DNA from: a virus
Virus record (IMG/VR): IMGVR_UViG_3300043313_001352
Location: 50,035-114,034 of that record
Direction: 5' to 3' (one strand)
DNA: 64,000 nucleotides
Below are positions 18,980 to 27,364 of the stretch, piece by piece; the first letter of the stretch is position 1, and each line of letters opens with the position of its first letter. The position numbers were made by a program, and so were the translations under genes. The notes below the pieces were generated by a model that searched no databases, had not been told where the DNA came from, and worked only from the letters and a program-made list of their open reading frames with translations.

Positions 18980-19104
18980 AGCCCCATCGGGAGTGGCCCA
19001 GCTCCTGGTGGGAGATCATCCGGGGCTGGGTCCGCTACTGCTTCAACGTGATGCGCGGGCGCGTCTGAGGGCAGTGTTCATATAACCTGGCTCCAGGTGA
19101 TTCC

Positions 19105-20886
19105 ATGAGCCAAGTCGGCGTGACCCCTCTCGTTGATGCACCAGCTGTCGTGACCTACGGACAGGTCAAGGGACGGTTCGTGCAGTACGTCGCCGACACC
19201 ACCGACGTCGGCAACATCCCCGACGAGATCCCGCTCGAAGGCCGGGTCACCCTGACCCCGCTGACCTCGATCGTGCAGTTCCCGAGCACGGTGCCACCCC
19301 GGATGGCGGTGGCCTCCACGGTCCAGGCCGTGATCACCGCTGGTGACCTGAAGTCCGCCCAGGGCCAGGCGCTGTACGTGATCGCCACCGACCAGCCCGC
19401 TGGCATCCCCAACAAGGTGCAGTGGCGCGCGGCGTTCCAGCTCGCCGGGATCACCACCCAGCCCGCCCCGGTGGTCTTCGACGTGCCCGCCAACGGCGTG
19501 GTCGACCTGTCCTTGGTCGTCTCGGTGCCCGCCGCACCACCCGTGGTCACCGTGGTCAGCCACGTCGACGCCACCGCGGCTGCTGCCTCGGCTGCTGCTG
19601 CAGCCGCTTCCAAGACCGCCGCCGCCGCCTCCCAGACGGCCGCTGCTGGGTCGCAGACCGCTGCGGCTACCTCGGCCACCAACGCTGCCGCCTCAGAGAC
19701 TGCCGCTGCCGGGAGCGCTGCGTCGGCGGCTGCATCCACGATGAACAACGGCTTCCCGGTGATCGCCACCAACATCACCCCGAACCCGGACTTCGGTGTG
19801 GACGGCTCGCAGTGGAGCGTCAGTAGCCTGGTGCTCGGCCGCAGCACTGTGTGGTCTGAGACTGGCGGCGCATCCGGCAAGGTCACCACCAATGCATCGC
19901 CGTCCACGGCCAGCATCTGGCCGTTCCCTACCGCGACACCCCGGTTCCTCGCCAACCCCGGTCAGTACGTGCGGGTCATGTACCGCATCCGTTGCATCAC
20001 CGCTGGCCGAGTCAGCGTCAAGAGCGTCAACTACGACACCGGGGGCAGCACCGGACCCGGCACCATCAGTGGTGGCACCTACACGATGAACCCCGGTGAC
20101 ACGTTCACCACCGACGACATCCTCGGTCCGCTGCCCGCCAACACCGTGTCCTTCCAGCCGCGTCTCTACCTCTACGACCCGGCGATGGCCCCGCCGCTGG
20201 GTTCCACCGACTACCTCTACATCGACCGGCAGATGACCCTGCTCGGGGACAGCCCGCAAGCCGTCGCGCAGGCCGACTACTTCGACGGCACCGGACCGGC
20301 GACCAAGTGGACCGGCACCGTGCGCAAGTCCCCCTCGCAGCTGCTCAGCGAACGCGCCACAGACGGGGCCTTGGCGAACGCTGCCATCGTCGGCAACGGC
20401 TCCCCCGAAGCCAGGGTCGCCGCCCTGGTCGGCATGGAGTACATCGACCGGCTTGCCACCAACGGCGCGGTCAAGTGGATCAAGGCCACCGGCACCGGCG
20501 CGACAGGGTGGAAGGTGCTCTACGGCGATACTGGCGAGCGCATCGTGGACGCCTCCATGTTCCTGAACGGATGGACCAGCAACGGCAACATCGCTGCGCT
20601 TCGGCTGCGGCGCATCGGCACCATGGTCACGCTGAACGGGACCGTTGACTCGACCGCAGCCACTGCAACCACCTTGTTCCAGTTGCCGGTCGGCTTCCGT
20701 CCCATCTCCTACAAGTACGGCCATCTGTGGGACACCGCAAAGGGACCGCTGGCTCGCCTGGAGATGCGGGAGACAGGTTCAGTCGTCCAGGCCGGACTGG
20801 TGACACCTGGACCGTCATCCCTCGTCTTCGACTTTCCGCCCTTCGCCACGAACGACGTCTGGCCCGCGACCTTGCCGGGAGTCTGA
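19105..20886 (+). CDS. tail fibre / minor tail (receptor-binding) protein
   Basis: Actinophage minor-tail N-terminus, AAAS/T repeat stalk, CBM-like domain (NPDFGVD...), GNGSPE...GMEYID motif, C-terminal LRRIG...LPVGFRP domain. Confidence 0.8.
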   Translation: MSQVGVTPLVDAPAVVTYGQVKGRFVQYVADTTDVGNIPDEIPLEGRVTLTPLTSIVQFPSTVPPRMAVASTVQAVITAGDLKSAQGQALYVIATDQPAGIPNKVQWRAAFQLAGITTQPAPVVFDVPANGVVDLSLVVSVPAAPPVVTVVSHVDATAAAASAAAAAASKTAAAASQTAAAGSQTAAATSATNAAASETAAAGSAASAAASTMNNGFPVIATNITPNPDFGVDGSQWSVSSLVLGRSTVWSETGGASGKVTTNASPSTASIWPFPTATPRFLANPGQYVRVMYRIRCITAGRVSVKSVNYDTGGSTGPGTISGGTYTMNPGDTFTTDDILGPLPANTVSFQPRLYLYDPAMAPPLGSTDYLYIDRQMTLLGDSPQAVAQADYFDGTGPATKWTGTVRKSPSQLLSERATDGALANAAIVGNGSPEARVAALVGMEYIDRLATNGAVKWIKATGTGATGWKVLYGDTGERIVDASMFLNGWTSNGNIAALRLRRIGTMVTLNGTVDSTAATATTLFQLPVGFRPISYKYGHLWDTAKGPLARLEMRETGSVVQAGLVTPGPSSLVFDFPPFATNDVWPATLPGV

Positions 20887-21083
20887 TCACACCGCCCGCA
20901 TCGGGCAGTCCTTCGCGTGCCAGCCGTACTCACCGCAGTGCGTGCCGTCGGGGAACCTCGTCCCCGGACATGCCCGGACCTTGCGCAGATCCTCGCGCTC
21001 CTGTTCCTCCACGTACGCGGTCTCCGCTTCCTCGTCGCGGCGCCGGTACTCCTCGGCGAAGTCTGGGTCGTCGTAGTAGGAAC

Positions 21084-21554
21084 TCAGCTGGCTTCACCCG
21101 CGCTGGCACTGAGGTCGGTGAGCACCTCGTTGGCGAACTCCGCCATGTGCTCGTAGCGCTTCTTGAAGGATCGCCAGTCACGGCGCATCTGGCGCAGCAT
21201 CAGCTCGCGCTGGATCGGGTCCGTGATGACCTCCTCGATCGGCTCGTACGCCGAGGTCGGGCTGCCGTCTTCTCCACGGGTGACCCAGAACGCCCGGAGG
21301 TCGGCGCGCTTGTTGCCGACGTCGGCCTTGTACTTCACGCGCAGCAGGTTCCCGGCCTGGTGCAGCCGCCACTTGTGCGCGGCCACGTCGTCACGCCAGT
21401 CGAACCGGTGGTGCAGTGGGTGGTCAGGATTCGAGGCTTCCTCGACCACGACCTCTGGGGTCAGCAGCCCGCGCTTGTCTCGGATCGCCAGCAGCACGTC
21501 ACGCAGGTTCTCACCAGCGCTGGGCACTGGGGTCTCGTCGGTTCCGTTCGTCAT
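21084..21554 (-). CDS. conserved phage protein, putative accessory factor of the RAMP/GGY-NN array system
   Basis: LTPEVVVEEASNPDHPLHHRFDWRDDVAAHKWRLHQAGNLLR; directly follows the array on the same strand; RBS GGGAGG and possible -10 TACGAT (~21588-21583). Confidence 0.75.
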   Translation of the reverse strand: MTNGTDETPVPSAGENLRDVLLAIRDKRGLLTPEVVVEEASNPDHPLHHRFDWRDDVAAHKWRLHQAGNLLRVKYKADVGNKRADLRAFWVTRGEDGSPTSAYEPIEEVITDPIQRELMLRQMRRDWRSFKKRYEHMAEFANEVLTDLSASAGEAS

Positions 21555-21610
21555 TGCGTCCCTCCCGTTTCAGGTTGGTGAATCGTACCTCACCACACCC
21601 GTCTCGTCAG

Positions 21611-24600
21611 TAGCCGCGCCGGGCCACGCCGAGCCGTGCCCAACCATGCCTTGCCAATCCGCGCCTGCCGCACCTTGCCGCACCCACCTATCCATGCCGG
21701 TCCCAGCCTCACCACGCCTGCCTGGCCGCGCCACGGCGCGCCTTGCCCGGCCATGCCTTGCCAACCCCGCCTGCCTTGCCCGGCCGCGCCTAGCCTTTCC
21801 ACACCGCGCCTGCCCCGCCATGCCGAACCTGGTCACGCCTCGCCCAGACGGGCCTGCCAAGCCCAGCCCAGCCAAACCTTGCCTTGCCGCACCTGGCTGT
21901 GCCACGCCTGCCTGGCCGCGCCACACCCAGTCGTGCCAGGTCCCGCCTAGCCATTCCCTGCCTGCCTCGCCGTGCCTGACCGCACCCCACCATGCCTAGC
22001 CCCACCGCGCCTGCCATGCCGTACCAGACCTTGCCGAGCCAACCGGGGCTGCCTTGCCAAGCCCACCGCACCTAGCCCTCCGCGCTGCGCCTGTCCATGC
22101 CTAGCCCTGCCTGCCTCGCCATGCCGTACCGGACCCTGCCGGACCGGACCACTTCGGAACACACCTAGCCATGCCCTGCCGAGCCTGCCAAGCCACGCCC
22201 CACCGGACCCGACCACGCCTAACGCCACCTGGCCCCGTCAGTCCGTACCTAGCCACGCCTGCCTTGCCGTGCCGTGCCGGGCCTAACCCCACCCGACCAT
22301 GCCTTGCCTGCCGCGCCGCGCCCACCCGGCCATGCCTAGCCCCAGGTCACCTCGCCCAGCCTGCCTCGCCCAACCCGGCCATGCCTAGCCCTGTACGCCG
22401 CGCCACGCCTGCCGGACCAAGCCGCGCCTGACCGAACCAAGCCCCGCCGAGCCCACCTCGCCTGCCGGACCTGGCCGTGCCTGGCCTAGCCGCGCCCATC
22501 CATGCCCCGCCTGCCAAGACCCGCCGTGCCGTGCCATCGGTACCGAGCCCTACCAAACCACGCCTGCCGCGCCGTGCCAGACCGCTGCCGTGCCGACCAC
22601 GCCTAACCTTGCCCCGCCTGCCGTGCCATGCCCAGTCGCACCCTGCCGCGATCGCCATGCCCAGCCGTGCCGTTCCTGCCATGCCGGACCTCGCCCTCCC
22701 GGCCATGTCGTGCCCTGCCCCGCCTGCCCTGCCGAGACTGGCCGAGCCGTGCCATGCCTTGCTCACCTGGCCGTGCCGAGCCCGGACCCGCCTGCCTTGC
22801 CATGCCGGGCCGAGCCGTGCCTACCTGACCTAGCCCTGCCTGCCCAGCCACAGCTTGCCGTGCCTTGCCATCCGCGCCTCGCCTGCCGCACCCCACCTAG
22901 CCTGACCGAGTCATGCCCCGCCTGCCTCGCCTTGCCAGGACATGCCTTGCCACACCGCGGTGCACCAACGCCTCGCCTGCCAAGCCTTGCCTTGCCGTGT
23001 GCTGCCAAGCCGGGCCTGGACATGCCCACACGTGCCCTGCCGACCCGAACCACACCGAGCCATGCCTGCCGCGCCACGCCTTGCCTTGCCATGTCAACCG
23101 GGCCTGGCCCTGCCGCCCGCGCCTTGCCACGCCTGCCCGACCACACCACGCCTTGACCTACCCACGATGCCCCGCCTGCCGGGCCTAGCCCTGCCTTGCC
23201 AGACGATCCTGGCCGCGCCTGCCCTGCCTTGAGCGCCTTGCCTCGACCCGCCGTGCCAGGACTGCCGGACCGTACCGTGCCCAGCCTCGCCACGCCGTAC
23301 CTAGCCGCACCTGCCGGACCGTGCCTTGCCCAGCCACTCCATCCGTACCTAGCCTGCCGAGCCGTGCCTTGTCACGCCACGTCCCGCCCGGACTCGCCCC
23401 ACCGAGCCATGCCTGCCCAGCCGAACCACTCCTAGCCTGGCCATACCCTGCGCTGCCTGCCGTACCGAGCCACGCCGTACCGCGGAAGCCACGCCGATGC
23501 CTTGCCCCGCCTGCCGAGCCGTTCCTGGCCATGTCCCGCCGCGCCGTGTGCTGCCCCGCCTAGCCCCGCCTGCCGCGCCATGCCTTGCCGACCTTGCCTC
23601 GCCCAACCGTGCCAGACCTGCCCCGCCGCACCTAGCTGCACCGCACCAAGACCCGCCTGCCGCGCCTGGCCGAACCTTGCCATCCTTGCCCTCCGCGCCG
23701 CACCGAGACACGCCTGCCCAGCCCCGTCGTGCCATGCCTGGCCGCGCCCCACCTGACCAAGCCTGCCGAGCCGGGCCGCACCATCCTCGCCATCCGGTGC
23801 CGTGCCCCGCCTTGCCTGCCGCGCCGCGCCCTGCCAAACCTAGCCAAGTCGTGCCCTGCCATGACGAGCCGTGCCGGACCTGCCGTACCTCGCCACGCCC
23901 AGCTCCGCCGAACCTCCCGAGCCCAGCCATGCCTGCCGAGCCGAGCCGCGCCCCGCTTCGCCCTGCCAGGCCCGACCTTGCCATGCCTGCCACACCCGGC
24001 CTTGCCACATACTGCCGCGCCCACCGATCCTGGCCGCGCCCAGCCATGCCTGCCCGGCCCCGCCGCACCTCGCCATGCGCTGCGATACCACGCCACGCCC
24101 TCCGCGCCTGCCTGGCTCAGCCACACCGTCCCGTGCCACGTATCCCAGACCACGCCATGCCTGCCTCACCTAGCCCTGCCAAGCCCGGCCAATCCTGGAC
24201 GTGCCGGACCGAGCCAAGCCTGCCGGACCACGACGTCCATGCCCTGCCGCTGCCATGTGATGCCCTCCGCACCGAGCCACGCCTGCCTGACCGCACCAGA
24301 CCCGGCCGCACCCTGCCTAGACCACCGCGCCATGCCTGCCGTGCCGAGCCAGCCCTTGCCTCGTGAAGCCCAGCCCCGCCTCGCCGTGCCCAGCCAATCC
24401 GCGCCTGCCCCACCGATCCAAGCCCTGCCTTGCCTAGGCAAACCACGCCTGCCTGGCCTAGCCGGACCAAGCCGAACCCCGCCTATCCCCGACCCGCCTG
24501 CCGGACCGCACCTTGCCGTCCGCGCCGCGCCCAACGATGCCCAGCCACGCCTGCCGAACCGTGCCACGCCGTACGCCCCAAGCCGGACCCAACCTGCCCC

Positions 24601-25590
24601 GCCTCGCCTAGCCCAGTCTCGCCATGCCCAGCCTGGCCGTGCCCCGTTCACCGCGCCTGCCGAGCCTCGCCCCACCGACCTAGCCAACCCAGACCTAGCC
24701 TGCCGCGCCTCGCCCAGACAAACCATCCTCGCCGGACCGCCCGCACCTCGCTGCGCCAAGCCTGCCGCGCCACGTCATGCCACAGCTCGCCGCCCGTACC
24801 AAGCCTCGCCTGCCCCACCTCACCTAGCCAGGACGCGCCGGACAGCACCACGCCTCGCCACACCTTGCCTGCCGGGCCGCACCGAACGATGCCGAAAGCC
24901 ACCAAGCCCAATCATCCGAGCCGCACCACGCCTGCCTTGCCCGGCCGGACCGGACCGCGCCGTACCCGCCCCTGACAAACCCTGCCTAGCCCTGCCAGCT
25001 CCCTGCCATGCCTGGCCTGCCAGACCACGCCCCTCCGAACCTGGCCACACCATGCCCTGCCTCGCCTGCCGTGCCCGACCCTGCCAACGACGCCTAGCCC
25101 TGACACACCATGCCCTGCCTGCCACGCCGTGCCCAACCAAGCCCGGCCGGTCCCTGCGATGCCTTGCCATGCCAAGCCTGCCGTGACCCGCCTTGCCACG
25201 CCCCGCTTGCCCCGACGCACCTGGCCTTGCCTAGCCTGCCGAACCTAGCCGAGCCACACCATGCGTAGCCCCGCCGGACCAACCCGAGCCCCGCCCTGCC
25301 TGCCGCGCCTGGCCGTTCCCAGCCCACCAAGCCACACCGTCCCGGCCAAGCCTGGCCGTGCCAAGCCTGCCCAACCGCGCCTGGCCAGACCAAGCCAAGC
25401 CGTGCCATCCGCGCCTTGCCGACCACTCCGTGCCGCGCCCCGCCTGCCGGGCCTGGACTCGCCGTGCCATGCCTAGACCTGCCTGCCATGCCGCGACGAC
25501 CGGGCCAAGAATCCCATGCCCCGCCCCGCCTAGCCTGCCCCGCCGAGCGATGCCCTGCCGCGCCTAGCGTTGCCATCCCGTGCCTGCCGT
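21611..25590 (-). ncRNA. ~4-kb GGY-NN pentamer guide array (about 75-85 units of ~7-15 pentamers separated by GGCA-GGC); VIPR-like RNA array
   Basis: The + strand parses as NN-RCC pentamers (tagcc gcgcc gggcc acgcc gagcc gtgcc caacc atgcc ttgcc...) with a recurrent gcc-tgcc punctuation. The NN content is unique per unit, and the ORFs here are low-complexity artefacts. Confidence 0.85.
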
Positions 25591-25601
25591 GTCCGGACGT
25601 G

Positions 25602-25644
25602 GGACGAGGCAGGACGCACCCCCCAGTGGCGCCCTGCCTCGTCC
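25602..25644 (-). other. hairpin between the RAMP-like gene and the array (leader/processing or attenuation element)
   Basis: Perfect 12-bp inverted repeat ggacgaggcagg (25602-25613) / cctgcctcgtcc (25633-25644). Confidence 0.65.
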
Positions 25645-25659
25645 GGCTCTGAGCTGAGG

Positions 25660-26343
25660 TTACTTGACCTCGACCGAGCGCGTCGGGTCGATCATGAAGG
25701 TGCCCATGTCGCCCTTCTTCTCCGGGCGCCACTCACCGACGCCGACACCCAGGCCACCGGCCTCGATCAGCGAGAGCACGCTCTCGCGGGTCAGCATCGA
25801 CTTCACGTACGTCACCTCCAGCACCGTCGACCACTCGGTGAACTGCGGCCGGTAGCGCAGGTCGGTGCCGCCGTTGCCGACGCGCACGACGTCCTCGCGC
25901 ATGATCGGCTCGCCCTCGATCCGGACCATCATCTGGCCCTCGGTCTTGGACATCTCGCCGGAGAAGAACAACGTCTGCCGGAGGCTGACCATGGTCACGC
26001 TCTTGTCGAAGAACCTCGCAGCGCTGACGGTCGCGGCCTTGAACGCGATCGAGGGGAACCCGTAGCCGCCGTCGTCCATCTTGTAGGCCGCGGCCTCGTA
26101 GTCGCCCTCGGGGTCCTTGGGCGCCTTCGGGCTCTTGCGGCCCTGCATCGCATCCAACATCTGCCTCTTCGCCTTCTCGCTGAACTTGTGCATGATCAAC
26201 GGCGCGGAGCCGACGATCGGGATCAGCAGCGTCTCGGTGCCGATCCGGGAGATCTCGATCGCCGGTGCGCTCTCGTCCTCGGCGGGAGGAGGAGTCGCTG
26301 CGGTCTTCTTGGCTGCGGTCTTCTTGGCAGGCTTCGTGGCCAT
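25660..26343 (-). CDS. RAMP/Cas7-like RNA-binding protein (Vipr-like effector)
   Basis: GSAPLIMH (beta1), GFPSIAFKAATVSAA (cf. RAMP IPGSSLKGxxR) and a C-terminal Gly-rich loop GGLGVGVGEWRPEKKGDMGTF. RBS AAGGA before ATG 26343; lies immediately upstream of the array. Confidence 0.75.
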   Translation of the reverse strand: MATKPAKKTAAKKTAATPPPAEDESAPAIEISRIGTETLLIPIVGSAPLIMHKFSEKAKRQMLDAMQGRKSPKAPKDPEGDYEAAAYKMDDGGYGFPSIAFKAATVSAARFFDKSVTMVSLRQTLFFSGEMSKTEGQMMVRIEGEPIMREDVVRVGNGGTDLRYRPQFTEWSTVLEVTYVKSMLTRESVLSLIEAGGLGVGVGEWRPEKKGDMGTFMIDPTRSVEVK

Positions 26344-26437
26344 GTGTCGTTCCGTCCTTGAGGTTGTGTTCCCCACCTTGGGGAATCAGGTGACGGCAAC
26401 GTAGCACAGGGACCTAGACCATGGTGTGGAGACTCGC

Positions 26438-27364
26438 TCAAGACCAATACGAGTACGTGACTCTCAAAAGGAAGTTCCCAGCCGGTGAGTCCACCGAGTA
26501 GCCGAAGTAGCCGGGGTTGGTGCTCGGCCCCGGCCCGAGAGTGATCCCGCAGAACGAGCTGTACGTGATGACGGTGGCCGCCCAGCTGGTGATGTCGACC
26601 TCGAAGTAGGAGGAGTAGGTCAGATCCTTGCGGGTGCGGTTGGGCACGGTGTCCGCGGTGTTCCAGCTGCTGGGCTTGGTGGTCTGGTTGTAGAAGTCGC
26701 CGACCACCGCGACCCCACCGGCCTTGTCCGACCAGTACGCCCAGCCCGCGTTGCAGTCGAAGATCACCTTGGAGACCACCGCACCGGCAGGGAAGGAGGG
26801 GTTGAAGTACAGCAGCGACTTCCGGTTGCCGTGCGTACCGGAGTAGTAGCCCTGGTGCACGGCACCGTCGTGCCCGGTGCCGCTGATCTTGTTGCCCGCA
26901 CCGTTGTACGCCTGCGTCCAACCGACCGGAAAGTTCACGGTCGTGGTCTTCTGGGTCTGCACCGTGACCATCGCAGTCTCCGCGGACGAGGAGGATGCGT
27001 GCGTGGTCGAGCCGGTGAACTTGGCGTAGAACTTGGTGGAGGCGACCGGTGACGTGCTGATGGTGGCAGTGCCGCCACCCGGCGGTGCTGCCGCGGTGGC
27101 GAACTTCACCCAGGTGCTGGAGGAGCTGAAGTAGTAGAACTCGATGTTGCCGCCGTTGCGCCCAGTGGTGCTGGCCGTCAGCGTGAACGAGGAACCCTTG
27201 TGTATCGAGGTGGCTGACTTGGTGCACGTGGTCGTCGTCGAGATCAGGCCGCTGCTCCCACCGTCCTTGATCGACTCGTAGGTCGGTGCCTGCCAGTCAC
27301 CCGGTGCGAACCGCCACACCGCCCCGTCCCAGACCCGGATCGTGCCGGGTGCATAGCTGGTCAT
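26438..27364 (-). CDS. minor tail protein
   Basis: Ser/Thr/Gly-rich beta protein at the end of the tail operon. Confidence 0.7.
   Translation of the reverse strand: MTSYAPGTIRVWDGAVWRFAPGDWQAPTYESIKDGGSSGLISTTTTCTKSATSIHKGSSFTLTASTTGRNGGNIEFYYFSSSSTWVKFATAAAPPGGGTATISTSPVASTKFYAKFTGSTTHASSSSAETAMVTVQTQKTTTVNFPVGWTQAYNGAGNKISGTGHDGAVHQGYYSGTHGNRKSLLYFNPSFPAGAVVSKVIFDCNAGWAYWSDKAGGVAVVGDFYNQTTKPSSWNTADTVPNRTRKDLTYSSYFEVDITSWAATVITYSSFCGITLGPGPSTNPGYFGYSVDSPAGNFLLRVTYSYWS

Noticed and set aside
23575-23618. Array unit read as a TIR-domain motif (FxSH)
   Set aside because: Consistent parsing gives AIFDFSHVS, which is ambiguous and not assigned.
21611-25590. Classical CRISPR array or simple microsatellite
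   Set aside because: There is no 25-45-nt constant repeat with contiguous spacers. The NN positions are not homogenised as in slippage repeats and decode to protein motifs.
21163-25732. Dozens of Pro/Cys/Arg- or Gly/Ala/Arg-rich ORFs (e.g. 23729-25186, 485 aa) across the array
   Set aside because: They are by-products of a 5-nt periodic, stop-poor repeat, with ORFs in all six frames, no codon bias and no RBS.
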